The notes below the pieces were generated by a model. That model did not search any database. It was not told where the DNA came from and saw only the letters and a program-made list of their open reading frames with translations. From the NCBI GenBank assembly GCA_049516875.1, contig JBEKSS010000001.1, positions 448,001 to 512,000 of the forward strand: 64,000 bases of DNA, in the 5' to 3' direction. Shown one piece after another: positions 43,148-53,563 of the stretch. This DNA is from Candidatus Bathyarchaeia archaeon. GTDB taxonomy: Archaea; Thermoproteota; Bathyarchaeia; Bathyarchaeales; Bathycorpusculaceae. The first letter of the stretch is position 1. The number at the start of each line of letters is the position of its first letter. Both the position numbers and the translations under genes were made by a program.

Positions 43148-43206
43148 ACAGGCAGCACATGATGCAAAATCGATGGTTGAAATGGCAAAGGAGGAGGTGA
43201 ATCATA

Positions 43207-43599
43207 ATGGGAAAATATGAGGATACCCTTGAAGACATCAAACAGACGTTTGGAATTGTTCCCGGCTTCATGAAAGCCATTCCAAAGGACGTGCTAATGC
43301 AAGACTGGCCCTTAATGAAGAAATACCAGCTTGGAGAGTCAAAGATTCCAGCCAAATACAGAGAATTTGTTGGACTTGCGGTAGCAGCCAACATCAAATG
43401 CCCCTACTGCTCGCTAATGCACACCGCAATGGCCATAGGCAATGGAGCCACAGACGATGAGATAGCTGAAGTGGCGTTTCTCGCAAGCTACACGGCAAGA
43501 TGGAGCGCAATGCTCCACGCCCTGCAATACAACTATGACACTTTCACTAAAGAGGTACATCAGATCAGCGAGCATGCAAAAAAGGCTGCCATGAAGTAG
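43207..43599 (+). CDS. Carboxymuconolactone decarboxylase/AhpD-like protein
   Basis: FGIVP, LAVAANIKCPYC...H, GATDDEIAE; GGAGGTGA RBS. Confidence 0.88.
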   Translation: MGKYEDTLEDIKQTFGIVPGFMKAIPKDVLMQDWPLMKKYQLGESKIPAKYREFVGLAVAANIKCPYCSLMHTAMAIGNGATDDEIAEVAFLASYTARWSAMLHALQYNYDTFTKEVHQISEHAKKAAMK

Positions 43600-43696
43600 A
43601 ATCAAACAGCGACTCCAGATTTTTCTCTTTTTTTGAGTCTCGAAATATAGTATAACACATTCGGTAATTCAATCAAGATGATGGAGGTGAAAAATC

Positions 43697-44101
43697 TTGT
43701 CGAAAAAACTGCAAAAGCCAGAAGAACATCATGAGGAATTGGTGAAGGGGCTTTACGATCAGATGAAGATGATCTTGGACTCGTCAGAGCAGCCGATTTT
43801 CCTGTACCTGGACGACAATCACAAAGCCTGCAACAGCAGGTTCGCCGCTCTCCTAGGTTTCAAATCGCCTCAGGAGTGGGCTGAGACACACGGATTTCTA
43901 GATCCCTATGTAGTCGAGAAAAGTCGGGAAACCGTAGCCTCGGCCTATTGGAATGCAATGGAGAAGATGATAGGCTCAACTATACAGGTAACGTGGAAGA
44001 AGAAAAGCGGCGAAACTATTGACTCAACTGTCATATTCGTACCCATGGCCTACCAAGGACATCTTTTCGCAGTTCACTTCGTGTCCAACGTGCACAAGTA
44101 A
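43697..44101 (+). CDS. Stand-alone PAS-like protein
   Basis: ILDSSEQPIF...CNSRFAALLGF...KKSGE; GGAGGTGA RBS. Confidence 0.6.
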   Translation: MSKKLQKPEEHHEELVKGLYDQMKMILDSSEQPIFLYLDDNHKACNSRFAALLGFKSPQEWAETHGFLDPYVVEKSRETVASAYWNAMEKMIGSTIQVTWKKKSGETIDSTVIFVPMAYQGHLFAVHFVSNVHK

Positions 44102-44345
44102 GCCATTTTGGATCCACATCTGACAGACGCTTCTGTACGCTGAGCTGGGTTCAGCATGCAACCCTTTTCTTTCCAAGGAAAGCGCGCTAATCAATAGGCC
44201 AATATCTTTCCGACCTCTTAGTTCTTTGAAGCCTCTCTATTGCAGAATCGGTACTCAACTTTATCATCTATAGCGCGCGCAAATAGCGTGGGTCGGTAGG
44301 CCCGTGTGGGTTACATAAACATAAATTGGTGTTTCAGCATAAATT

Positions 44346-45635
44346 ATGATTATGAACGTGGAAAAACTGAGATGTTTTATTCCCATTGGGGGTCAGGCTA
44401 AGAGGTTAATGCCCTTGACACACGACATATCAAAGCCTTGTGTCAGGTTCTTGAACAGGCCATTAATCGAATTCTCAGTGGCAACTTTGGCTGAACAAGG
44501 CGTGAGGAACTTCATCTTCGGAGAGTATGGTTATACCAACTATTCGAACCTTTTCGATCAGTACGGAGAAGGGGTTGGGTTCTCAGCAAAGTACAAGATC
44601 GAGCCGAGAGTGCACATCAGACATCAACCCAACCTGGATGACTTGGGAAGCGCCGATTCTTACAGGCTGAACGTGGAATACTATGATGTTCGGGATCCAG
44701 TCCTTGTCGTACAGGGAGATAACCTCTTCAACATCGATCTGAACGACTTTGCCAAGAGGCACGAAGAAAAAGGGGCAATGATGACCATTGCCTTAACGAA
44801 GGTGAAAAACGTATCAGAATATGGAATTGCCGAGTTTGACAAAGATATGAAGATTAAGAGGTTTGTCGAGAAGCCTTCAGAGGAGAAAGCACCAAGCAAT
44901 TTTGCCAACGCTGGCATCTACCTGCTTTCACCAGAAGTCAGAAAGATAGTTGAAAGCGAAGAAGTAAAGAAGATAAGGGAGGAGAGGAGGAGACTCGATT
45001 TCGGTTTTGATTTCATTCCGTACCTGGTGGACAAAGGATTTCCAGTCTATGGATATGAATTAGAAGTGTGGTACGACGTTGGGAGTCCAGAAAGCTATCT
45101 AAAGGCAATGCATGACTTTCTCTATGGAAAGTTAAACATGAGAGTCTTGGAAGAAAGAATTTTGCCGAACAGAAACGTTTGGGTTCAAGGATACAGCGAA
45201 GAGTCTGTCAGAAGGCGGGAAGACATAGTCAGAAAACATAAAGAAAACAAGTTGTCCATTGATGGTGCTGCTCTAATTGGCAGACACACAACAATAGGTG
45301 ATTATTCAAAGATCTCAGATTCAAGCATTGACAATTTCTGCATACTCGGTGAACACGTGAACGTGACAGGCTCAGCAATTATGGATGCTGCAAAGATTGG
45401 AGATTACGCCAATTTGTCAGACAGCATTCTAGGCAGGAAAGTTGTCGTAGAATCGACTCGTGAAAACCCTACTTGTATTGAATCAACTTCTGTGATAGGC
45501 AACGCTGTCTACATCAGGAAAGGGTGTATGCTCATAAGAACTAAGGTCAACCCAAGTTTAACGATTCCACCAGGCATGATATATAAAGATAAGTTCCTGC
45601 AGAACTACGAAGACGTTGTTAGATTAGCATCTTAG
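44346..45635 (+). CDS. NDP-sugar pyrophosphorylase (GlgC/Mpg1-like)
   Basis: GGQAKRLMPLT...KP, GSAD, QGD, FVEKP, WYDVG, C-terminal hexapeptide repeats. Confidence 0.88.
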   Translation: MIMNVEKLRCFIPIGGQAKRLMPLTHDISKPCVRFLNRPLIEFSVATLAEQGVRNFIFGEYGYTNYSNLFDQYGEGVGFSAKYKIEPRVHIRHQPNLDDLGSADSYRLNVEYYDVRDPVLVVQGDNLFNIDLNDFAKRHEEKGAMMTIALTKVKNVSEYGIAEFDKDMKIKRFVEKPSEEKAPSNFANAGIYLLSPEVRKIVESEEVKKIREERRRLDFGFDFIPYLVDKGFPVYGYELEVWYDVGSPESYLKAMHDFLYGKLNMRVLEERILPNRNVWVQGYSEESVRRREDIVRKHKENKLSIDGAALIGRHTTIGDYSKISDSSIDNFCILGEHVNVTGSAIMDAAKIGDYANLSDSILGRKVVVESTRENPTCIESTSVIGNAVYIRKGCMLIRTKVNPSLTIPPGMIYKDKFLQNYEDVVRLAS

Positions 45636-48247
45636 CGCGCGCTACGTCGTCTTCGGTAGACTACAACTGTCATTACCGTAACTGTCATTACCGTTGCTAT
45701 TACGAATAACGGCGGAATGATGGATGAACATTCAGGAGTCACATGAGTCAGATGCTCTTTTGTCAGATTGAGATATTGATCGCCATATTCGATGCTCGGC
45801 TCTATCTCTGTGCCTTCGTGCCATTCGTTGAACGAAGTGATTGCGTAACCATCAGGGTGAGAGGCGTTTGCGATCAGCCAGAACGAATTGTAGCAGACTC
45901 CGTTTCGCCTATCAACAACACTCTCGAGTGCAGCTGGGCTGTAATCGCTTGCGACAACGTTGTTGAAGCCCGGCACGACTGTTGCTATGAAGGTCTTGTC
46001 GTAGGAGTGTGCCAATTCACAGGCTTGATGGTACAGGTCATACACCTTCAGAGTGTTGTTTGAAATGGGGTTGTACACGTGTATTCCGTCAATGCAATTT
46101 GAGAAGTAATCAATAAAGTCTTCAACCTTGCCTTCGTATCCCCCAAGATCCATTATCACGTAGGGGCCCGCGCCACTTCCCCTCATCTCACGCACGACCT
46201 CGCTCCAGCCGTTATCAAAAAAAGCGTCTGGACTGACTGTTTCGCCTCGGGAGTTGTTGACGAAGAAATAGTCAAGAGCCGCCCATTCACTGCTCCAGTT
46301 CACAAGGCCGCCGTTGTAGGACTCAGCCCTTATGTAAACGTCCTGCCCAGCATAACGTGTTATGTTGAAGCTCAGATCATGCCAACCGTCCGTGAAATTC
46401 ACTATCTGATCATAAAGAGTGTCATTGCACGATGTATCCAATCCTATCTTTATCCGGACACCCACGTCTGACCATTTTTCGGAATCGTTTCTTATGTCTG
46501 ACAGGCCGACGTTCAACCAGTACTCCTCATCAGGCTGTAGATGAATAGGACTGGCGCTTTCAACGTATCCCGGTGTTGTCTTGAACGGTTGAAACGGGAT
46601 AATCCCGAGTCTTGGCGGTTTTCGAACTTCTTCAGCCAGCAACCACTGCGCTGAAGCACTTTCATTCTTGGCGGGGTTAGAGTCATTGCCGATGCTATCA
46701 GTGCATGCATGCCAAATCCACGCTTGCGGGTTCAATTCGTCGCGTGCCCGTTGGTACACGAAGATGACTGGCCGAGCGTCTACCCTGTACCATGAACTGC
46801 TGTTACCGTATTCGTTCAGAAGATAGGTGAGGTCGTTGACTGTCTGGTTTATGCTTGTAGTGTTTTCGATGTAGAAGGTGAAGTTGAAATCGTCCCGGTC
46901 GCATACGTTCCTTATGTGCTTCGAAGCGTTGTCTGTGAAGTCGTTTATCCCCCACCAAGAGATAACGAAACAGTCAATGCCAGCGTTTTTGGCCCAATTA
47001 ACATGTTTGTCAATGACTGTTTCATTGTTGGAATCGTACACGCCCAGCAGAGGGTAATCTGTCGCAGCTATGTCTCTTCTTCCATCTGTAATGTTGTCAG
47101 GGTTGTGGTTGGCGTCATTCCAATGTAGCCAATAGCCCGAAAGACCAGGTGTTCCGTACCATGGATAATAAAAAGCGAAAGTGCACAGCTTCACCTTTGG
47201 AGGCGTGAGAAGAGCGATTATCACGATGGACGTTGTTTCCGTGTTCGCGTCGCCCTCCAACGCACCGTTCGCAAGGTAATTTGTTACTATTCCCCCGTCG
47301 GATTCTCTCTGTTGCGCGTAGATTCTGTCGACGAGCTCAGATAAGAAGGCAGGGCTTTGTCCAAGCACCTTTGACGTGTAAAGTAGCAATGCAAGCTTGT
47401 ATGTATCGTATGTTCCACTGAATGCTTTGTCTTGGACACCTTTGCTGGTTTCATTCCACATTTTCGTGGCGTTATTGTAGTAACCAAGCGCTCCTGAATC
47501 ATTTCCTTGCCAAGGACATGAAAGCGCGGCGTAGAGAAGAAGATCCGCATACTGATTCCAATCGGGCATAACCGTTCCATTACCCACGGTTGTTTTCAGA
47601 ATATAATCACCATTGTACAGCGTACAGTCTGTTTCGGTTCTATAAGGCGGTGAGGCCACGTCGCCTATGACTGCTTCATGAACGTAGCTTCTGGGTAAGC
47701 CGTTCGAGTCCGTTGGCAAGTTGTAGTTGACGGCAAGCCCGGCAAGTTTAGCCCTGATTTTCTGTGCGGTCGCTTCTGCTTCAGCAGCATTCGAAAGGCC
47801 ATACTCGTTTGCCATGCTCAAGGCTTTCCAAGCCCACAGATTATCGGAAACAAGCCAATACGTATTGGGAGCCACGTTTGGAGCCTCACGGCAAAGACCA
47901 AGGCTTCTGTCAAACTGCTTGTTCAAGAGGAAATCTGCGGCCTTCTCGACAAAAAGGGTCTGATATGGCGCGGTCATCTGGGATTGAAGGGTTGATATCT
48001 GAGAATCGTTGCTGTTTGCTAGTGACGTGTAACCGACGCCCTCTAGGATTAGTCCAATCAGAAGGACAATGCATAGCAAACCCATTCGAACGCCCGCATT
48101 TCCACGCGCGAGCTTCGCGACCTTTCCAAGCGCCCGTCTGACACTAGGCGAGTGATGCTGTGTAAAATGGCTCATTGCTGACTCACCTTCGGATTTTCCG
48201 CGAACCAGCATGAGCCAATAACCCTCCGACAATCGGCAGAGAGCCAA
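45632..48247 (-). CDS. Membrane-anchored multidomain glycoside hydrolase with GH99-like domain and PEF-like C-terminus
   Basis: AFYYPWYG, YPLLGVYDS, GIDCFVISWWG, ITSFNEWHEGTEIEP; C-terminal TPEC + TM + RRRR; true start probably ~48175. Confidence 0.75.
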   Translation of the reverse strand: MALCRLSEGYWLMLVRGKSEGESAMSHFTQHHSPSVRRALGKVAKLARGNAGVRMGLLCIVLLIGLILEGVGYTSLANSNDSQISTLQSQMTAPYQTLFVEKAADFLLNKQFDRSLGLCREAPNVAPNTYWLVSDNLWAWKALSMANEYGLSNAAEAEATAQKIRAKLAGLAVNYNLPTDSNGLPRSYVHEAVIGDVASPPYRTETDCTLYNGDYILKTTVGNGTVMPDWNQYADLLLYAALSCPWQGNDSGALGYYNNATKMWNETSKGVQDKAFSGTYDTYKLALLLYTSKVLGQSPAFLSELVDRIYAQQRESDGGIVTNYLANGALEGDANTETTSIVIIALLTPPKVKLCTFAFYYPWYGTPGLSGYWLHWNDANHNPDNITDGRRDIAATDYPLLGVYDSNNETVIDKHVNWAKNAGIDCFVISWWGINDFTDNASKHIRNVCDRDDFNFTFYIENTTSINQTVNDLTYLLNEYGNSSSWYRVDARPVIFVYQRARDELNPQAWIWHACTDSIGNDSNPAKNESASAQWLLAEEVRKPPRLGIIPFQPFKTTPGYVESASPIHLQPDEEYWLNVGLSDIRNDSEKWSDVGVRIKIGLDTSCNDTLYDQIVNFTDGWHDLSFNITRYAGQDVYIRAESYNGGLVNWSSEWAALDYFFVNNSRGETVSPDAFFDNGWSEVVREMRGSGAGPYVIMDLGGYEGKVEDFIDYFSNCIDGIHVYNPISNNTLKVYDLYHQACELAHSYDKTFIATVVPGFNNVVASDYSPAALESVVDRRNGVCYNSFWLIANASHPDGYAITSFNEWHEGTEIEPSIEYGDQYLNLTKEHLTHVTPECSSIIPPLFVIATVMTVTVMTVVVYRRRRSAR

Positions 48248-49349
48248 CCAGCACGGCGATCACGAGAGCATAAGACAACGTGGGCATCGCTGCAATGATA
48301 TCGTACACATGATTAGCGTACGGAAGAGGTGGAAAAAGCCCAAAGATAATGCTCGTCGCAGCGCCTAGAGTGTTACTTCCCAGCAGAACTAGAAGACCTC
48401 CAATCACGATGAGCAAACCGCACAAGATGGATGGGTCGCCCATAGAGGTGAAAACTGTGTCGCCTAATTGTAGTGTTTTCATTGGAAAATCGGTCGCACT
48501 TTCGAGAAGAATTAGCAATATTCCGCTGAATATGCACAGAAGGCTGCCAATGATGGCACGAACTGATAGTTTGACACCGTTTCTTATTCCCAGGAAATCT
48601 TTCAGAGGATGCCTTAATGCCACGATCACGGCAACTGCCTCTGCAGCAACAAATGCCAAGTAATACATCGCCACGGAACTCGATTGCACAATGTAGCCTG
48701 GCTTCCACACATAGTCCAGCAAGAAGAAGCCCATCGACATGATCAAAGCTGACTTGGCTAGAACCATTGTCCAACTCCACTCCCAGCGGAGGAATACCCC
48801 GAGGCCGGAGCAGAAGCCAGTAATCAACAAAGCCGAAAAAAACAGGTATCCCCAGAAACTATTCCTGGAAAAAGGCACCTGCATTATCGCAAGGAAGAAC
48901 CAGAAGATCATGGCGGTCGTGCAGAGCTCCAGCAGCCCTAGGAAGAACGCTTCTTTTGGCATTTTGCCAAGCATTCTTGTCCTGCGCCTTTCAGTTTCCG
49001 TCCACGTTTCCACCGCTCCAATTGACAGCAATGCCTCTTTCCCTGCATCTGTGAGCCCATACAACCCGTCCTCTCTAACTGCCACGAGTTCCGCCAGTTT
49101 CTTGAGGTGATAGTCCAAGTTTCCACTGCTATCTATGTCCAGTTGTCTCTTCAGCGAGGCGAAGCTGGCAGGTTGCTTCTGGAGGATTTTCAGAATTTTG
49201 ATTCGGACTGGATGCGATATGGCCTCGAAGAGCTCCGCGGAATCTACCAACGCCGTCGCCTTGAGGCGTCTATGCAGATAGGGTGTAGATAATCCTTGTC
49301 TTGTTGACTTTAACCGAAAACGCTGGTCAATGATCGTTGACAACAGCAC
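48183..49349 (-). CDS. ArsR-type wHTH fused to a multi-pass membrane domain
   Basis: FEAISHPVRIKIL...SSGNLDYHLKKL...YGLTDAGKEAL followed by several TM helices. Confidence 0.8.
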   Translation of the reverse strand: MLLSTIIDQRFRLKSTRQGLSTPYLHRRLKATALVDSAELFEAISHPVRIKILKILQKQPASFASLKRQLDIDSSGNLDYHLKKLAELVAVREDGLYGLTDAGKEALLSIGAVETWTETERRRTRMLGKMPKEAFFLGLLELCTTAMIFWFFLAIMQVPFSRNSFWGYLFFSALLITGFCSGLGVFLRWEWSWTMVLAKSALIMSMGFFLLDYVWKPGYIVQSSSVAMYYLAFVAAEAVAVIVALRHPLKDFLGIRNGVKLSVRAIIGSLLCIFSGILLILLESATDFPMKTLQLGDTVFTSMGDPSILCGLLIVIGGLLVLLGSNTLGAATSIIFGLFPPLPYANHVYDIIAAMPTLSYALVIAVLVGSLPIVGGLLAHAGSRKIRR

Positions 49350-49616
49350 GTCTGAGCAAATTGCAGGTCAACAATCATGGACATAATGGTCAAGAAGCTA
49401 GGAATTAACTGCATCTCCTCCCTAGGCGACTTGCATAGACTGCGATGCCACGTCGCGCTTGTATGGATGAGGATGAACATGAACAGAGTGACGCAGGCTT
49501 TCAGAGTTTTTTGTAGCCAAATGAGAATGGATGAGCTTTCTTGCGAGACCTATCAAACAACTCTCCTACGCAACCGCAGGTGCAGGTCTTGCGAGGTTTT
49601 GGGATGTGATTGAATA

Positions 49617-49946
49617 GTGGATATTTCAGTCATATTGACTACCAAAAACGAGAGAAGCTACATAGGAAAAACTTTGAAGAGAGCGCTTGAAGCCAGCCGT
49701 GAAGCTCAAAGACACGGGGTCAGAACGGAGATAATCGTGGTGGACAATAGTACCGATGGCACGTTCGAAGAGGCAAAGAGATACGTTGAAAACGTGTACA
49801 TGTTTCATCCCGATGGTGTTTCTAAGGCGAGAAATTTTGGCGCAAGGCTTGCCAAAGGTAGAATACTGATCTTTATGGATGCAGACACTACCTTGCAGAA
49901 GACTTCACTGGTTGATGTTGTCTACTGTTTTGTTCTACGTTTTTGA
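49617..49946 (+). pseudogene. GT2 glycosyltransferase, 5' fragment
   Basis: ISVIL, VVDNSTDGT, KARN, FMDAD then abrupt end. Confidence 0.75.
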
Positions 49947-50271
49947 TGGAAAGATAGTTAGCTAGAATCAAAGCTAGATAGGTCTAGAAATCCATATCTC
50001 AAAACAAGGCTAGTTAAGCAACTACTTAACTGAAATAGGCTTAATTATTGCCGTAATGGTAAAATCAGGCATGGAAATAAGGCATAACATTTATTAATGG
50101 CGAAATTGAGTTTATGAAGTATTAAGATATGCAGAAAGAAGGTGATTAGAAATATGGGAAATGAACATTCAGGAAACATCTATCAAGCACACATAAACCC
50201 AGAATCCGACTTAGGCGTTTTCCTTCATAAACTAGCTAGTGCCGATAATCAAGGTCTTTCAATGTGGATTA

Positions 50272-50649
50272 TCAAGACCTTCTTTGCCAAATTATCTCGC
50301 TTCGGAAATTCGATTCACCAAAGATTTGCTCCATTAGAACACGAAGGTGATGAACTGCGTGCCAATCGCAATGAAGATACATCGAGCCTGTTTTTTTGAG
50401 AACTCGATAGCAATGCTCTACCTTTTCTTTCATCCATAGAACATAATTCTCGATTCCGCCTTTCCATCGGTCTTCAAAAGCCCGTTTCTCATAACCGTCC
50501 TTCCAAATCACTTCATAACTCTTATTGGAAAAGAAAGGCGGGTCTGCATAAATCAAATCTACGCATTCATTAGGAAATTTCGCCATGACTTCTGTACAAT
50601 CGCCACAGTAGATAGTGTTAGGTCTGAAATAGGGAATTGTCAAACTCAA
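50272..50649 (-). pseudogene. N4/N6 DNA methyltransferase, 5' fragment
   Basis: YCGDC, DLIYADPPF, LKKTGSMYLHCDWHA, EIIWQR then stop; SAM-binding FxG motif missing. Confidence 0.8.
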
Positions 50650-50794
50650 TTCCTTGACTATTTAGGTGTTAGAAAGTCTTTTAAGTTTAACCAATTCCTT
50701 GCCGCTGTGCAGATTCAAGATTTCCGTCTTTGAGATTTTGCGGAAAAGTTATAGCCGAACTTAAACTAAACTACCCGAATGTATGGTGTGGAGA

Positions 50795-51065
50795 ATGACT
50801 GAAAAAGAACGCGTTTCATATCCTTAGCGGAAGCGACTCACGAAGTTGAGGTAGCCATGACAAGGTTGGCTCTTCTGCATTTGTCGTTTTCCAAGACTCT
50901 CGTTGAAGAATTTGGGGAAAAGACGGGTAAAGAGTTGGTCATCAGGTCAATTCTGGAATATGGAAAGCGAGTTGGAGAGAGGACAAAGCGTGGTCTGCCA
51001 GACCTGCCGAAATATGGCGTTTATGGAGAATACAAGGACGAAAAGGTGTATGACTGCGTTCTTGC
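50795..51065 (+). pseudogene. ATC-hydrolase-like protein fragment
   Basis: Frameshift near 50818; RLALLHLSFSKTLVEEFG...DCVLA then joins the stop of the convergent gene. Confidence 0.55.
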
Positions 51066-51733
51066 CTATTTCGTCTTTAACCAATCATTGACTATTGAGA
51101 ACACTTGCTCTCTTTTTTCAGGGTCGTGTTTGGCAGTTACTTTAGGGAAAATGGCGTCGTAAAACCAATGGTCTGCATCTGGAAAGGTTCGGAGCGACTT
51201 GTCTTCAGCCGCAAGGTTTTCTAAAAGTCGTTTGGCTCCACTGGGAAAGTCAAGATTATCTGCTTCTCCTTGAATTATCAGTGTTGGCTTCTTTATCTGC
51301 GATGCATTCTGAAGTGCTTTATCCCTCAGAGTTTTCGTGTCAACTAGCCATCAATGAGAAATCTTCGCGGTGGTCTTAATCCGCTTTCTATGTTTGGGGC
51401 TGCGAGCATTACTCCGTCCAACGAGTCTGGATGGTTTGCTGCATACCATAGAGTGTAGCATCCGCCCAGACTGTGACCAAACATGTAGACCTTTTGGTTT
51501 TGATAACCCTTCCGCACAAAATCAACTGCTTCGTCCAAGTCTTGCATATGTCTCTTGAAGTCTCTCGTATCCCCTCTGGGGATGCCCTCTTCTTTCGAGT
51601 TTCCGAAACCTCTTCCCAGCCCATGGACACACACTATGGATTTCTCTGCTTTCCCAACGGCTTTCCAGTGCCTAAAAAATAGGTTGAAGCCATCAGACAT
51701 TTTGAAATAATCTTTGACTTCCTCTACGCTCAT
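51066..51733 (-). pseudogene. Alpha/beta hydrolase (lysophospholipase-like) with internal deletions
   Basis: VHGLG|RGFG junction, GHSLGG, frame break ~51345, then PTLIIQGEAD...ADHW to TAG at 51066. Confidence 0.8.
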
Positions 51734-51997
51734 AATAAAAGCCTTCTTTTATCAAATTGAGTTTCTTTTCCCCGCGCTTTTATGCTTTTTGACTATTACT
51801 TACTCGCCTGCGAAGTCTTTAAAAGCGCGCGCGCTAGCCAATTCGACTTTAACCTGTGACTAGAAGACATTTCTATCAGTCTTTTAAGACAGTTTTTGGT
51901 TTTGCGGAAAGGCTAATTCTTGATACAGGACGCATCAGAAAAGTCTGCATAATCTATAAAGACTGCCCAATGTATAGTAGTGTATCGGTGGTTATTC

Positions 51998-52495
51998 ATG
52001 AAAGTTTTGGTTGCTTACATGTCTCGAACTGGAAATACCAAGAAAATTGCTGAAGCCATTTTTGATGCGATTCCTCAACCAAAAGAGATTAAACGGGTCG
52101 AAGATGTAACATCACTTGAAGGCTATGACCTCTCATTTCTAGGGTTTCCAATGCATGGATTTGGTCCAGATAAGAAGGCTAGGGCTTTCTTAGAAACTCG
52201 CGTCAAGGATAGAGCAATAGCGCTCTTTGTCACCCACATGGCTCCCGAGGGGGCACCGCTTTTGCAGGAATGGATTCAGAAATTTAGAGATGCTGCCGTG
52301 GGGGCTAATATTATTGGCATTTTTGACTGCCAAGGACAAGTCTCTCGACTAATTAAAACCTTCATGCGACTTAGTCCGAGGTCGAAAGAGCGTAAATGGG
52401 CGCGACTTGATAATAGTCAAGGTCAACCCGATGCGACACGATTGGAGCGAGCGAGAACCTTCGCAAACGAGATAACGAATAGGCTCAAAACCTGA
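51998..52495 (+). CDS. Flavodoxin family protein
   Basis: YMSRTGNTKKIAEAI, GFP, FDCQG, GQPD. Confidence 0.88.
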   Translation: MKVLVAYMSRTGNTKKIAEAIFDAIPQPKEIKRVEDVTSLEGYDLSFLGFPMHGFGPDKKARAFLETRVKDRAIALFVTHMAPEGAPLLQEWIQKFRDAAVGANIIGIFDCQGQVSRLIKTFMRLSPRSKERKWARLDNSQGQPDATRLERARTFANEITNRLKT

Positions 52496-52744
52496 CTATT
52501 TTGATTCCTTATCACTCCTGAGAAACTGATTTGCATAAAAGCATTTCCGACCATTTGATTTTAGCGTTTTCATGTTCTACGCTTTCGACATATTCTTTTT
52601 AAGCTGGCTTTTGCTTGGTCTTTTATTGGTATTGCTGAGAAATCACATTAACGATAGTGGAGTTCTCCCGCAAACCCCTTTCTTTTGTCACGCTGTTTCA
52701 TCCTGTCGCCCGCGAGATGGAGAAACGCCAGAAGAATTCTTGAC

Positions 52745-53560
52745 CTAGGCTGTTTCCAGATGGCCAATCAAGCTTTCAAAGATCAGTTTCCCATCGCCGT
52801 GTTCCGACAACTTCTCCCGTCTTGTCCAGTCGGCTTGTTGCCACCAGTAGAATGCTCTTTCAGGATGCGGCATTAGCCCGAACACTGTTCCTTCCGTGTT
52901 GCATATGCCTGCAATGTCATGGAAAGAACCATTCGGGTTTGAAGGAAATTTGCCTTCAGCGTACTCGCCGTCTCTGCTGCAATATCGGAAAACCAGTTGA
53001 TTATTCTCCCGAAGCTTCTCCAGATATTGCTTCTCCTTCTCTTTCGGAAACAGAAACCTGCCTTCGCTGTGTGCAACCGGCACGTGCAAAACCTTTCCTT
53101 TCGGAATTTTCTGGGTGAACACGCATTTGCCGTTGTTTTCATGTTTTAGGCTTATCCAGCGGCAGTTGTATCCGGGGGGAAAATTCGTTGCCAAACCCGC
53201 CTCAGGAATCGGACTCATGCCTTCAAAGCCCGGAAGCAAACCCGTCTCAACAAGCACCTGAAAACCGTTACAAATCCCCAGGATCAGACGACCCTCATCC
53301 ACAAAAGCCTTCAACTCCTTGCCCAGCTTCGCCAGAATCCACTTTGCCCAAATAGCCCCAGCCCGAACGTAATCCCCATAAGAAAAACCTCCAGGAAAAA
53401 CCAGCACATCATACTCCAAAAGACTCCTCTTCTTCACAATTTCATTCACATGCACAACCTCAGCACGCACACCCAACGCTTCAAACGAACGCCTCGTCTC
53501 AGCATCACAGTTAGTCCCGCCCACACGCAAAACACAAACCCTAATCTCCCCACGCTTCAC
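52745..53560 (-). CDS. purQ: FGAM synthase glutaminase subunit
   Basis: GTNCD, PGGFSYGD, GICNGFQ, NPNGS, GLMPHPER. Confidence 0.97.
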   Translation of the reverse strand: MKRGEIRVCVLRVGGTNCDAETRRSFEALGVRAEVVHVNEIVKKRSLLEYDVLVFPGGFSYGDYVRAGAIWAKWILAKLGKELKAFVDEGRLILGICNGFQVLVETGLLPGFEGMSPIPEAGLATNFPPGYNCRWISLKHENNGKCVFTQKIPKGKVLHVPVAHSEGRFLFPKEKEKQYLEKLRENNQLVFRYCSRDGEYAEGKFPSNPNGSFHDIAGICNTEGTVFGLMPHPERAFYWWQQADWTRREKLSEHGDGKLIFESLIGHLETA

Positions 53561-53563
53561 AGC

